Shown here: in pieces, positions 1 to 21,296 of the stretch | Layout: every line of letters starts with the position of its first letter | Position numbering within the stretch: position 1 is the first letter of the stretch | Assembly: GCF_009914755.1 (NCBI RefSeq) | Contig: NC_060939.1 | Origin: the human T2T-CHM13v2.0 reference genome, Homo sapiens | Strand: one strand, 5' to 3' | DNA: 64,000 nt | Notes under the pieces: generated by a model | Seen by the model: only the letters and a program-made list of their open reading frames with translations | Databases searched by the model: none | Told to the model about the DNA's origin: nothing | Made by a program: the position numbers and the translations under genes

Positions 1-1764
1 CATGGAGACATATTGGTTGGTGCTGTCATCCTCATGGGGAAACTATGAAGTTGCAAACATTATGATAACGGGAAACTTTTAATAGTTTGCTGGAGTGTCT
101 TCTACATTCCTGGAAACTGGAAAATGTTACTTACTCCTCCCTGCCTCAGAAATTTCCTTCCTGATTCTTTCCACAACTGGGAAGTTAGATGAGAGGACAT
201 GTGGATGAGTTGCCCACCCAGATATGCGAGCTGACCCTAGAGTCCCCTCAGTTACTGGTGGCATGTCCAGGATTTGCTGTGGCCACAGCAGGGCCCCTAT
301 CTCTGTGGCAGGGAAAGAGGCAGAGCTGGAGGTGGCAGTGGGTGAGGCAAAAGCAGGGAGTTAAGGGGTTGGGGGAGGACGTCTGAAGTAGATCACCTGT
401 CCCCAGTGATTCACCATTATGCCAAGGAAACTTAAGCTTCTGGGTCCCTCACTGGCACAGGCCCCTGTGGAAGGCTTGGGGGAGGGGTGCTAAAAACTGA
501 GTATTTGTAACTGGGCAGTTTGTTTTTTTTTTCTTTTTTTTCAAGATCCTGCCTCCCAAGCCTATAAGCTTTACCAGGAGAGAGGCAGGCCCCACCCCAA
601 GATCCACTATCCACTCTTTGAAGAAAGATTAGAGCCATGTTCTCAGACTTTGGGCTGCATCCTAATCCCTGCGAAGCTGCACAATGTGTGATGACTCCAC
701 CCTCCACCCGATCCAGAGGGTCTGGGGTGAGACCCAAGGCTGAGAGGCCTCGATGGCTTCCTGGCCCCATCTCCGGCAGCAGCCTCTATGGCTGGGCTCT
801 CCTGCAGGCTGGGTGCACCCCAGGCCCTCAGATGGTTCTAACCAGAATCGATGGGCAGCAGTGACTTCGACTGTATCATCAATCTTGGCTGCCACAAGGT
901 TGGGTGTCCAGGCCCTCAGCTGACCCTTGAGGTGGGCCCCCACACAGAGCTTTGCTCTGCCCCCAGCCCACCCTCATTCATCGCCCAGACCACGGCCAGG
1001 GACCCAGCTCCTCATGTCCCATACCCTGCTCCCACCTCATCACCAGTGCAACCACAGCACCGAGGCCTGCCTGGCGGGGGCTGTGGCTTGATGCTTGGGA
1101 TTTCATGAGAAGTCTCTCTCCTCCCGACTGACGTGGTTGCACAAGCCACAGTGTGCCTGGCCACCCCCGCTGGGACCGCCTGCAGCTCGGCCATTTCCCC
1201 CAGAGGCGCTCTGATCTGCCCTCCTGCCTCCTCTCCTGTTCTTGTTAGCAGAGAGCCACACTCTGGGAGCTGTGTAGACCCAGGGCCTCAGAGAGGGCTG
1301 GAGGATGGCTTGCCAGCCAAGCGGGTCAGTTTGGTGAGCACTTCAGAATGAGACGCCTTGATTTGTTTCCCTATTCCAAGAGTTTACCATCTGGATTTAG
1401 CCATGCCCTTGTAATGACCCCACCAATTTCATGAAAAATGGAATCTGTGAATTTGCTCTTTAAATCACTAGTCATCTCTGTTCATTTAAAAATAAAATTA
1501 TAGTTCCTTAAGTTTGTATTGCTAAAGGCATCAGAAGAATTCATCTTAAGCAAATAGCATGTGACTATTTTGCCTTATGAGATGGTGTATTTGGGACTAG
1601 GATGGCCATATATCAATATATGACAGGATATCGAGATCCAATGTTAGCCAGAGATCTCAATTAGTCCCAGTTTTGTTCTCATAATTCATTTTAATTCAGT
1701 GAATTTTTAGATACTTTTTTAAGCCCTTGAAGTTTTTCTTGATTCCAACATATCAAAGCATTCA

Positions 1765-1971
<207 letters not shown>

Positions 1972-1974
1972 CTA

Positions 1975-2259
<285 letters not shown>

Positions 2260-2523
2260 CTACGGAACATAAATTGATTTTTTAAGCTGTGGCAATTCTA
2301 GAAAAATGTCCCAGCATAGTTAAAATTTTTAAATTATGACCTTCAACATTATTCAATAACCTAGGAGCCCTGGAATGTTATCCCTGGTCTGACGTTCTGT
2401 GACATGTGCTTGGTAAATTAGTAGAATTGCAGGCAGTAAAACAATTTAAGAACATACACTAAATTTTTTAGATGAATGGCAAACAGCACTGTTGGTGATC
2501 CTAACTTTAAAAAGAAAAGTCTT

Positions 2524-2872
<349 letters not shown>

Positions 2873-3149
2873 TTAAAATAGAATAATATAAATAAAATAT
2901 AATACCTCTAGTGAAGTAGGCCAAAAGTATTTTATATAGAAATAACTTTGATATAAATGAGATTATGTGAACTAAGAGTTGCAAGGCTAATGTGACTCAG
3001 AAAAGAAGGACTAACATGGGCTCGGCCTAGACAACAAAAGGATGCCCGGATGCCCAGGCTCATAGATAGAAAACATGCTTCCCCTTTTTTTTTTTTTTTT
3101 TTTGCTTGGACTACCTGCTAAACTAATTCTTCTGCATGGGAGGTTGAAG

Positions 3150-3400
3150 GTGTATAGTTTGAGTCTTTGCCTGTCTTAAACAGATATTCTTTTCTCATGC
3201 TTTTTGAATAGTTGGCCTGGGTAGAAAATATTCCAGGCTCCAAATGCCTTCCCTTCAGAACCGTGAAGGCCTTACTCCAGTGCTGCCTTCTGGGTTTCAG
3301 TGTTGTTGATGAAAAGTCTGATGCCAATTTGATGTTCATCCCCATGTAGGCGATCTACTTTAGTTTCCTGAAAACCTTAAAGAGCTCTTTATTCTTGGAA
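3150..3400 (-). mobile_element. Old L1 ORF1 fragment
   Basis: Translation IKLASDFSSTTLKPRRQHWSKAFTVLK resembles the L1 ORF1p C-terminal IRLTADFS.ETLQARR.W..IF..LK; boundaries approximate. Confidence 0.65.
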
Positions 3401-3959
3401 TTCTGAAAACTGTTTATTAATATCCTAAGTTATGTATAACATCAGCTTAGCATATTATATAGAATTAGACAGTTAAGCATAACATTCACATTTCTAAGAA
3501 ACAAAGTGCCCTCTATTTGCCAGAACCATACTACACAGTGTAACTCGTATAGTCTTTTCTTTATCCTCATGGAGAGCTCTAAAATAGATATAATACTGCC
3601 ATTAGATTGCTAGGTTATCTGCAGATTAGAATCTCTTCTCAAGATAACCTAGTAGTTAACAGCAGTAAACCCAAGAGCTAGGGTTTGATTGCAATATAAT
3701 TTTTCCCCCACTATATCTTTTTCAAACCCTTTCGTAGCTTCCTATTTTCTTGTAATTTTCTCCCATGTCATGAAAACATCACTAGTTAAAATAATACACA
3801 ATTTCAGAGTTATAAGGGAATCTAGAAACAGAGTTCCAGTCCCTCCTTTAATGGTGGGTAGACGACCCAACCAGGGTGCGTGTGCATACTGAGTTATGGG
3901 GGGCTCCATTAGGAGACTCTGACTGTGGCAGGGGTTTGTGCAGCCTGGTGGGCTGGTCA

Positions 3960-4150
3960 GGTGGGGCTCTGGAGTTAGAGCACCTGAGTGTAGGTTCTGA
4001 TCCCATGCTGACCAGCTAAGATCCTAGGCATGTCACTTCATCTCAAAGCTTCAGATTCCTCATCTATAAGACAATGATTGTCATGGCGTCTCCCTCAGGG
4101 GGTTGCTAGAAGGAATAAATGAAATAAGCCACAGAAAGTGCTCAGTTCAG
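3960..4150. mobile_element. MIR fragment
   Basis: MIR core-like cttcagattcctcatctataag and flanks; approximate. Confidence 0.55.
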
Positions 4151-4165
4151 CCTGGCAGAGAGTCA

Positions 4166-4657
<492 letters not shown>

Positions 4658-4918
4658 CTACTGCTGCAAATGGAGCTGTAGGTTGAGACCACATCTGCCC
4701 CTCAGACGCCAGGGACATAGAGACGAGAAGACAAAGTCCCTTCCCTCAAGTTGTGCACAGATCAGGGAGGCAGATAGAAAAGACAGCAAAAGTGACTTCA
4801 AATGCAGCACCTGTGGAGTTGGAGGCCACAGTAGCGGGGCTGCTGGTGGTGGTGGTGGCGGGAGGTGGACACTGAAAGGAGTCACAGGAGGGCTGGTGGG
4901 TGCCGGCTAGGTTCTTAG

Positions 4919-5542
<624 letters not shown>

Positions 5543-5952
5543 AGGAGAACCAATTTTACCAGAGCCTCACCTGCTGGTTTGATCAGAGCCTGACTGACCC
5601 AGGGGAAGCACGCCCAACTCCAGCCCCCTCTAGCCATCCTGTCCCACCTAAGCATGGAGCAAAATCAGAAACACCTGTGAAGGTCACAGTCCAGGTCACA
5701 GTCCAGGGCACAGGCTCATTAATGTTGTATTCCTTGTTAGTGTGTGTTTCCCTATGGAAATTAATTTCACCATCTTTGCATTAAAATTGTGTTTCAAGGA
5801 AAGGAAAAAAATTGTGTTTCAATTTTGATGCAAAGAGAAGGCAGTACACGAAAACAACGACAGTCCAAAAACACCTCTGAGAGACAGAAAGAAAAATGCT
5901 GACATGACAGACGAAGTGATTTGTGAACAAGCTTTAACCACCATTGTCCTTA

Positions 5953-6357
<405 letters not shown>

Positions 6358-7284
6358 TCATGGTTTTGCCATAAAAGTATGCAACAAAGAGTTCCAGAAC
6401 TCCTGGAGAAAGGGAACCCTTTCTGTCAGAGGTAATAAAGAGACTTCTGAAGTACATCTTACATTTCCACTCCGCATATGAATTCTTTTGAAAAGATGCA
6501 CACGTTTATTATGATAAGTAAACTATCTAAAACCAAATGAACTGAGAAGGCATACTGTTTGGATAACTTGCACCCCTGGGTCAGCAGTTTTACTTAGAAG
6601 CCTTTAACTGAGGCGACGCTGCAAAACTAAAACAAACAAGCAAAACCTCCCCCAAAACTAAACACAAATAACATCATGGAAGAGGGAAGGTCTACAGTTT
6701 ATTTCCTCAGGGAGGTCTTCAAATGTAGCAAAAATAACACTCGTTTGCCAGACGTAGCTGAACCAGAAATTAACAGGAAACATGCAAAAGGGGCTAGAGA
6801 AAAATGTTTTAGGTTTCCCTCCAGTGTTTTAAGAAAGCAAACATTCCTCTTTTAGTGAGCACTGTCCTTTTCCCCATATGGTGCAAAAAGGAAGGCCAAT
6901 CTTTCCCATTTCCTAAAGGGGTTATGAGAACTGTTCTGTGAATGGATCAGGATTCATAAGAAAGGCAGATCGTGATTGGGAAAATTGGCATGAAATATGT
7001 GGGTCTCAGACTACTCCAGGCTAATACTTTAGTATTCAATGGAATAACAGAAACAGATGTTTGTTCTTTTGCAAACAGCGTTCCCATCAGTTATCTTCTT
7101 TTATTCTTACAAGGACTCTGAGAGGTTGTGAATTCCTTCCATTCCCTCAGATTAGGAAGCTGTGGCTCAGTCTGAATAACTCAGCCACATTCACAGAGTT
7201 GGAGTGGTCTGGAGCATGGGGAGTTATAGGAGGTATCCTGGCTCTCCAATTCCTATCTCAGGTTGTTCACTACTGACCCAATTT

Positions 7285-7585
7285 GTTTTGTTTTGTTTTG
7301 TTTTTGAGACGGAGTCTCACTGTGTCGCCCAGGCTGGAGTGCAGTGGCACCATCTCGGCTCACTGCAAGCTCTGCCTCCCGGGTTCATGCCATTCTCCTG
7401 CCTCACCTCTGGAGTAGCTGGGACTACAGGTGCCCGCCACCACGCCCGGCTAATTTTTTGTATGTTTAGTAGAGACGGGGTTTCACCGTGTTAGCCAGGA
7501 TGGTCTCGATCTCCTGACCTCGTGGTCCTCCCGCCTCGGCCTCCCAAAGTGCTGGGATTGTAGCCATGAGCCACCACGCCCGGCC
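7285..7585 (-). mobile_element. Alu (AluY-like) with TSD
   Basis: TSD ac(t/g)actgacccaattt on both sides. Confidence 0.95.
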
Positions 7586-7899
7586 ACGACTGACCCAATT
7601 TTTATAATATCATAATGAGCTGTGATAACATTTTAATGGAAAATATAGTATCTTGACTCCAATTTAAATATCTTTGTTCTAATTTTCTAATTTTGTCACA
7701 GTGAAGCTACAGTCGCAGTGATATGGGAAAGGTTCATCTACACAGGTTAAAAATGAACATCGTAGAAATGTTTAGATAAACATAGATTTTCAAGAATATA
7801 TAAGATAAAATAAAAATTAACTAATGACTAATGAAATGTTATAAAACAGAAGTCCTTTTAAGCCTACCTTTCAATAACATCTAATATTATTAAAATATT

Positions 7900-10150
<2,251 letters not shown>

Positions 10151-10297
10151 GTATATATGGTCCTTTTATATAATTTGACTAAGACATCTAGGTAAATTTT
10201 GGTGAGTAGTATCGTATATTCGCAAATACAGAACTTAAAAGGGCTATGTATATTTGACCAGGATATTATAAAACTGTTGAAAACAAGTTCTACTTAC

Positions 10298-10327
10298 TTC
10301 CATTCCCAGAAGTTTAAGAGCTTTAGG
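10298..10327 (-). CDS. TRPM1: TRPM1 exon 16, 30-nt microexon: PKALKLLGME
   Basis: Long pyrimidine tract then catgcag|CCT ... GAA|gtaagt; phase 0-0. Confidence 0.95.
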
Positions 10328-10553
10328 CTGCATGGTGAAAGAGGAAGAAAAAAAATCAATTTACTTAGATAACTAATGTTAGTAGTACATTAGCAGTATT
10401 GTTGATAGTGGACATACGAATGGATTAAAAAGCACTTTGTATCATTAACAATTAATGATAATATCCAAGGAAAAGAAGTGCTTTAATATAGAAACTCTTC
10501 TTCTGTCAGCAGAAGTTAATTGAGAAGAAAGCTCAGCAGACGCGTGGCCCTTA

Positions 10554-11399
<846 letters not shown>

Positions 11400-11982
11400 T
11401 CATCACACGTCTAGGGGGTAAGTGGCTGTCCTGGCCCCCACTTGGGAGTTCATGTAACAGGTGGGTGGGTGGGGGATTAAACAATATTCAGGCTGGGGAA
11501 AGCATCTATCCCTTGATAACAAGGTGGCAGAAAGGGCCAAGAACAGCAGCTGCAATCAACAGGGCACAGAATGACTTGAGGAACCTCCTGCCGGTGCTTC
11601 TGGAAAGAGCCACAGGCAGTGGGTGAGAGATCTCAAAGGAGGGACAGAACGAGAGGCTGCATGGACAGACAGCGGGGCTCAGGTCAGCAGCCAGGCCACC
11701 CCCTTCCCCAACCCCACCCAGTGGCCGCCCTGGCCTGGCGCTGGCGTCAACCTATAATCCGGCTGTCACTGACAGTGTCCCTATCATGGATTTGGATGAA
11801 CATGCAACTTAAAAAAGATTATCCTTTGCTTTCTTAGTTTTAAATAGACTCTTTACGAAAGAAGGAATTCATTATCTCCTGTGCCTGGAATAATAATACA
11901 TTTTGAAAATTTAAAACTTGCTCTTAAGAAATGATTTTGTGAAAGATGCCAACAGGTAAGAATTGTAAAACAGTAGACTGAC

Positions 11983-12033
11983 CTTTTTCACATCCCTCAC
12001 CAGCAGATGAAGTGTGTTTGGTGGACCCAGTCT
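11983..12033 (-). CDS. TRPM1: TRPM1 exon 14, 51 nt: [17 protein letters not shown]
   Basis: ctctttcag|AGA ... AAG|gtcagt; bridges exons 13 and 15 in frame; absent from the ORF track. Confidence 0.96.
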
Positions 12034-12074
12034 CTGAAAGAGAAGCATTCATGTGTGTTAAATATGTTTTTCTT

Positions 12075-12383
12075 GGCCAGGCGCGGTGGCTCACGCCTGT
12101 AGTCCCAGCACTTTGGGAGGCCAAGGCAGGCAGATCACTTGAGGTCAGTAGTTTGAGGCCAGCCTGGCCAACATGGTGAAACCCCATCTCTACTAAAAAT
12201 ACAAAAATTAGCTGGGCGTGGTGGTGGGCACCTGTAATCCTAGCTACTAGGGAGGCTGAGGTTGGAGGATCACTTGAACCGGGGAGGCAGCTGCAGTGAG
12301 CTAAGATTGCACCACTATACTCCAGCCTAGGTGATAAAGTGAGACCTCGTCTAAGAATGAATAAATAAATAAATAAATAAATA
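12075..12383 (+). mobile_element. Alu with (TAAA)n tail, 41 nt upstream of the exon 14 acceptor
   Basis: Alu consensus. Confidence 0.95.
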
Positions 12384-12609
12384 AGTTTTTTTCTTGAACT
12401 CTTCGAGCAAAATCCTGCCCTACTCTATATAATTAATGAATTGTGAGAGCTGGAGTGTAACCCACACCAGCCTTTTTCTTTTACAAAACAGAGCTGGTCA
12501 TGGTTAGAAAGTATCCAACACATTTCAAAAGTTGTGAAATACTTTCTGTTGCATTTTTTTAAAAGAGTATCTTAAGGTGCACAATATAGTGTTAATAATT
12601 CATCAAGTT

Positions 12610-12922
12610 GGCCAGAATCAGTGGCTCAAATTAGTATATTTGAGCCTATTATCCCAGCACTTTGGGAGGCCAAGGGAGGTGGATCACTTGAGGCTAGGAG
12701 TTCGAGACCAACCTGGGCAACATGTCGAAACCCTGTCTCTACAAAATTTTTAAAAATTAGCTGGGTGTGGTGGTGTGCACCTGTAGTCCCAGATACTCAG
12801 GAGGCTGGGATCGGAGGATGGCTTGAGCCTAGGAGGTTGAGGCTGCAGTGAGCTGAGATCATGTCACTGCACCCCAGCCTGGGCAACAAGAGAGACTCTG
12901 TCTCAGAACAAACAAAAAAAAA
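12610..12922 (+). mobile_element. Alu (AluJ-like)
   Basis: ggaggatggcttgagcctaggagg, AluJ-type right arm. Confidence 0.9.
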
Positions 12923-13393
12923 TTCACCAAGTTTTAGCAAGCAGCTGCTGAGGATCATTTCTGCTACTTAAAATCTTACAATAGGGAAGGAAATGTAAAT
13001 TCTCAAAACTTATATTGTAATAATATAAGCCAAGGGAATTTCATTCAAACCCTTCCAGCAGAGCTCCTGGGTGTGAAACTTAGCTCTATGTTTTACCCCA
13101 AAGCCTCATCAAATGTGAGGGTCCCAAGGAACAATTGACTTCTCACCCTTGGTGACATTTCACTCTGCTAATGGCTTGGGGAGCTAGATTCCCTCTTTGT
13201 AGCAACAAGTACTCACACACCACCCTTAAATGCGGGACAAGAGTTAATACTGCCCGAGAAAGGAGTGACTGGCGAGGCATGGCAGGAGGTGGTGAGAATA
13301 TGAACACAGGCTGTGGCCAGCAGCAGGTGAGAAGTAGCCGCCTGCCATTAAATACGGACCTCCCAGCTGAAGGAGGTCAGATGAGCACATTTA

Positions 13394-13852
<459 letters not shown>

Positions 13853-14373
13853 TCAAAATCTCAGCCCTCCTGGCATTGGCCTGCCCAGTCTCCACCATTT
13901 GTTTCCTTGACTGAGAAGTTGTGCCAGGAGGAGCTGCATGGGCAGGCAGCATGACCAGGGTGCCGTGTGGGTGAGTGACTGTGATAAGGGCAGGCACACG
14001 TCACCACAGAGGCCTGGTCCCCTGTCTTGCCTGTGTCCTGGTGGCAGCAAGACCAAGAACTGCCATGCGATGTGTGGCTCCAGCCTCCCCACCTAAACTG
14101 CTGTTACCCCACACACCCAATCATGGGCTCTGTCTGTCAAAAAAGGGCTTTTTCATGAATTGCATTTATTTGGTGACAACTGATTTGTCTGCTGTATATT
14201 CATGCATCAAGCATTGGCATGTCTGCCAGGTACAGAACCATTGCTGAACAGGATGACTCAGGGCCCCTCTGTGGGTGGCATCATTCCCCCCAAAGCAGGA
14301 ACGTTTGGTGTTTTGGACAACCGACAGGCTCATTGCAGCGAATGTGCTGTTGTAGTTTGAAATGCTGACACTA

Positions 14374-15174
<801 letters not shown>

Positions 15175-15579
15175 TTATCGGCGGGTAAAGAAGCTCTCCG
15201 CATGTCACTGAAATGCATGCAATGCGGTGACAGACTCATTCATCAAGGGGAGTGTGTGCTCTACTCCAGAGAACAGGAGGGACAGCAGAAGTAGGCCTGG
15301 CCCCGTGGCCTTGTCTCCTGGTCTGGTGGAGAATGTGGGAGTGTGTCCTGGTGCAGACACAGAGCCAGCACCTAAACAACCGGACCCTCCAGCTGGCGTC
15401 CTCTCTTGCCAGACCCACCCGCTCCTCTTACCAAACGCTCCTGGTGGGTTGCCTACCTGAGGAGCCTCCATTTCCTCTCTTCCTATCTCTCCTGCACGCA
15501 CCCTGCTGCTTCTTCCATCTGTCCTGGGCTGTGGGTTTAGTTGCTGAGAACTGTGCTGGTGCCTGCCTCATGGGCATTT

Positions 15580-16300
15580 CATGCTGGGTTCTCAGCACAT
15601 CTGACTCCACTGCCTGCTTCCTCCTAGAGTCTCTTCCCTTGGCTTCTTGGGCATCACAAGCTCCCAGCTTTCCTCTTCCCTGTCTGGCCACTACTTCTCA
15701 GTGCAGCTTTAAATGTCAAGGTTCCTCTGGGCTCTGTCCTCAGCCTTCTACCTTTCCACTCTACTCTCTTCCTTGACGACCTCATTGACCCCCACACCAC
15801 CAGTCACCACTGATTGGCATACAACTTCTCCTTTCTGGCTGCGGCCCACCTCTCTCCCCAGAGCTCCTGTTGCCTGCTCAGCATCCTGCTTGCATGTCTC
15901 AAAGACATGCAGCTCCTTATGCCCCAAACCACTCTCAGGACCTACCCTCCGACCCAGTCCTCTTCCAGGGTCCCTTATCTCAGGGAAATGTTACCACAGC
16001 TTGCAAGTTGTGCAAACCAGAGAACTGGGGAGCATTGTGACATCTCAGTCCCTCCAGTGCCCTCAATGATTCATCTACCCCTATGTGCAGCCATGTTTAA
16101 TGCTAAATTTTGCTTAATTCTGATTCTTGCCTTCTTCTTTGCCTCTGCTCTAGTCCAAGGCCTGAATTATTTCAAAGGCCTATTAACAGGACTCTGCACA
16201 CCTGCCATGGTACCCACCCAGTGCATTTTCCACAGTAACTCCAGAGTGACCTTTAAATATAAAAATGGAAGCAAGTAACTCTCCTGCTTAAAACCCTTAA
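15580..16300. mobile_element. L2 fragment
   Basis: Pyrimidine-rich L2-like text (ctctccccagagctcc, actctcctgcttaaaaccctt); approximate. Confidence 0.55.
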
Positions 16301-16587
16301 GTAGGGCTGAGGCAGAGCTTATGTCAGGGGAGGTGTGCATTTATATAGTTCCTGGTCAACATACAAATATGGATGAAAAAGTGTCTTGGCTGACTCCTCA
16401 TGCAGATAAAACCGTTATGGTCCTGAGTGACAGAGTGACACCGCATCCAACAAATGGTGCTGGGAAAACTGGATATCCACATGCAAAAGACTGGAGTTGG
16501 ACCCTTACCTTACACCATATACAAATATTAACTCAAAATGAATCAAAGACCTGAACATAAAATCGAAAACTACTAATATAAAATGCT

Positions 16588-16874
<287 letters not shown>

Positions 16875-17343
16875 CTAATTAATTAATTAAACTAAAATGC
16901 TTAGAAGAAAACATAGGGCAAAAATATCACTATATTGGATTTGGGAATTCAATTCTTGAATATGACACCAAAGGCACAGGCACAAACGGAAAAATTATTA
17001 ATAACAAATCCGATGGACTTTATGAAAATTTAAAAGTTTTGTGCAGCAAAAAATACCATTAACAGAGTAAAGGTAGCCACAGAATAGGAGAATATATTTG
17101 TACATCATGTATATGATAAGGGGTTCATAGCCAGAATATATAGAGAACTCCTAAAATTCAACAACAAGAAAACCCAACCTGATTCAAAAATAGGCAAGAG
17201 ACTTGAATAGACATTTCTACAAAGCAGATACACAAATGGCCAATAAACACACACAAAAACGCTCAATATCACTAATCATTAGGGAAATACAAATCAAAAC
17301 CATCTGAGATATTATCTCACACCCATTAAGATGGCTATTATCT

Positions 17344-17659
<316 letters not shown>

Positions 17660-18308
17660 AAGATGGCTATTATCTAAACAACAGAAAATGACAAATGTTT
17701 GTGAAAATGAGGACAAACTGGAACCCTGTGCACTGGGGGTGGAAATGTAAAATGGTGCAACTGCTGTGGGAGGAGTTTGGTGATTCTTCAAAAAATTAAA
17801 AATAGGATTACCGTGTGATCAATGGTTTCACTTCTTGGCATACCCAAAAGAACTGAAAGCAAGTCTCAAAGAAGTATTTGTACACCTACATTCATAGCAG
17901 CATTATTCTAAAACATGGGAGCAACCCAAGTGTCCACTGATGGATGCTTGGATAAGCAAAATGTGGTCTATCCATATAATGGAATATTATTCAGCCTTAA
18001 AAGGAAGGAAATTCTGACAAATGCTACAACACGGATGAACCTTGAGACATTGTTCTGAGTGAAATAAGCCAGTCACAAAAGGACAAATATTACATGACTC
18101 CACTTATAGGAGGTACTGACAGTAGTCATATTCATGGCAACAGAAAGTAGAATGGTGGTTGCCAGTCACAGGAGAGGGCAGGATGGGGAATTATTGTTTG
18201 ATGGGCATAGAGTGTCCATTTTGCAAGATAAAAAAGCTCTTGAGATGAATGTTGGTGATGATTTTCCTTCAAAAATTGTTAGTCCAAAGTTTTTATGATT
18301 CAATATAA

Positions 18309-18702
<394 letters not shown>

Positions 18703-18744
18703 TAAAAGCATGTTTTAAGAAGAATTTTTTTTGCAAAGCTTTTA

Positions 18745-19070
18745 CTTTAATTAATTATTTTAATTAGCAAATGACAAATTGTATATATTTATGGTATACA
18801 TGATGCTTAAATATATGTATACATTGTGGAACGATGAAGCTAATTAACATATCCATCACCTCACATACTTATCATTTTTGTGATGAGAACATTTAAAATC
18901 TACTCTTTTAGCAATTTTCAAGTGCACTATACATTATTATTAATTATAGTCACTATGTTGTACAATAGGTCTCCAGAATTTATTCTTCTTAACTGAGACT
19001 TTGTACTTTTAAACCAAAATCTCCCAATCCCTCACATCCTAGCTTCTGATAACCACATCATACTCTCATG
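18745..19070 (-). mobile_element. L1MA 3' end
   Basis: taacatatccatcacctcacatacttatc...aaaatctactctttagcaattttcaag-type L1MA 3'UTR. Confidence 0.75.
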
Positions 19071-20656
19071 CAGCTTTTATTTTTTGCATTCAATAACAGA
19101 AAATATAGATAGAAGAATTTTGTCTAGTAATATATAGCAAATCAGACCTAAGATTGATTTACTGTGTTGGAATTCTTATGTCCTCCCTACCACAAGTTTT
19201 CTACTATATGAAGAATTCTAGATAGACTATAGATTCACAGGCACATCCTTTCTTGAGTGCTTCAACTATTAAAAGAAGATTTTGGAGACCTTATATCCCA
19301 CTGTAGGGAGACAGAGAAGGACTTTTGGCTCCAGGTTACAGCCTGAGCATGTGTTTCCTGTCTTCCCTCCCTCCCCAGATACTATTTAAATGACAGCAGA
19401 GGAGTATGAAAAAGAAAAATCTATTTCAGGGAGAAGAGGCGGGCCAGAGAGTTTTTAACAAATTTCTGGAAGCATTGAAGGACCAGTTAAAACTATGGAG
19501 AGGAAGCCAAAGCCCAAAATGTGTAATGTGGAGGTTGCTCTTGAGGTGAGACCAGATTTTCCAAGATACAAAGAAGAGGGCATGTGGTGGGCAGAAGGCA
19601 TGGTGACCGGAAGATGGTCTACAGAGCAGGAGGCCACACATCCCCTCCCGGTCTCCAGGCTGCCACTGTGGTGGGTGCAGAGCAAGCAACTGCATTCCTG
19701 GGCTTCACTCCCAGTAAAAACTGGGAGGATGTCTGCTAAAGAATAGGGAGGCCCAGAGCCCACCAGCCCTCTCCAGTCGGCACTCAGCAAAGCAGGAGGT
19801 TCAGGCGATACTCTCCTTCCTAAGCAGGGAATTCCTGGGCAGTCCTCCCAGGGAGGAGAAAAACCTGTTGGCAAAATGGGTTTCCATACCAATTAAGCAG
19901 TTCTATCCCTCATTCTGTAGTGTGATGGACAGCCAAGGATCTAGAGCATTTGAGAAAATCAACAGCATAACAGAAAAACCCAAAATGAACAAAAAGAACA
20001 GCTGACCAGGGAGAAAATAGAGATAATCTAGGGAACAGAAGATAACTTCAAAAAATCTAATTCATATCCTTAGATATTGCATCTGTGAGATGAAAATAGG
20101 CTAATAAGAAAATAAAATTGTTAAGGAACAAAAACACTTTCTTAAATATAAAAAGCATGAGTGCCTAAACCTTTAAAAATTGTATAAAAGCTAAAGAAAA
20201 AGTTGAGATTTCCAAAAACATACAGCAAAATGATAGAGAAATAAAAAACCGAAAATGGACGGTCAATCTGGGAGAAGGGGACCAGCAGTTGCTTGACTAA
20301 TAGAAAATCCAGATGAAGGGAAAGAGATAATAAAGAAAGAAATACTCAAAGAAGAGATAGAAGAAAATTTCACAGAGCTGATTCAGGTCTTCAGCATAAA
20401 GGGACCTTTGAAAGCCAGAAGAATTAAATGTCTACATGTGTGAAGATATGGCTGCTTGAGTTTGTATTCTCTATACACTTCTATTTTCATTTGCTTGAAA
20501 TAGGAGATACATCCTTGTGAAATTTTCAAGCACTGAAAAAGCAAAGAGCAGAGAGAAAACAATGGTTCATCTATAATTGAATGAAAATCATAGGACAATC
20601 TTGAGCCTCATGTGAGGCAGACTTTTTTCAGACATGTAAAGACACAGAATGATAAT

Positions 20657-21036
20657 TGCTGTGGTTTGAAAGTGTCCCCCAAAGTTCTTGTGTTGGAAAC
20701 TGAATCCCCAGTGCAACAGTGCTGAGAGATGGGACCTTTAAAATTGTTTAGGTTATGAAATTCTGCTCTCATGAATGGATTAATGCTTTTATAGAGGGAG
20801 AGGGTTCATGATCTTGAGAGATTTGTTTTAAGAGTTCAGCCCTCTCTCGCTGTCTCTCGCTCTCTTACCCTTTCACCTCCCACCATGGGATGATGTAGCA
20901 AGAAGGCCCTGACAAGATACCAGCCCCTTGATCTTGGACTTTCCAGTTTCTAGAACTGTAAGAAATAAATCTCCTTTCTTTATCAGTTACCCCATCTGTG
21001 GTATTCTGTTACAGAAACACAACACAGACTCAGACA
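20657..21036 (+). mobile_element. MaLR LTR (MST family)
   Basis: TG...CA ends; tgctgtggtttgaaagtgtccccc start; gacttccagtttctagaactgtaagaaataaat; about 5-bp TSD. Confidence 0.85.
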
Positions 21037-21296
21037 GTAATTCTCCCACATGCTTTTATGTAAAAGTTACTTGAAGATGTACTCCAGCAAAATGAAAAAG
21101 GAATCTGAAAGGGAGGAAGACATGGGGTCTAGGAGGCAATGGCCAGTCTCAGAGTGCAACGAAGGGATGTCTGATGTAGACAACTGTACAGTAGGCATTG
21201 AGAGCATCCAGGGAAGATGGGGGTAGGAACTCATGGGGCTTTGAAAGATTCTTCAAGAAGAAATGGGACAGTAACAATTAAGAGAATAGATATGGC

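Noticed and set aside
189-1351. GC-richer stretch with overlapping short ORFs as a separate gene or antisense exon
   Set aside because: No recognisable protein similarity or convincing splice/promoter pattern; an antisense lncRNA cannot be excluded but is not supported by sequence alone.
11808-11843. Possible remnant of the optional 12-aa TRPM3 exon (ending roughly WIYFK) between exons 14 and 15; here the minus strand reads ..RIIFFK
   Set aside because: Only the last few residues resemble it, the in-phase donor is TT rather than GT, and no acceptor sits 36 nt upstream; indistinguishable from chance without an alignment.
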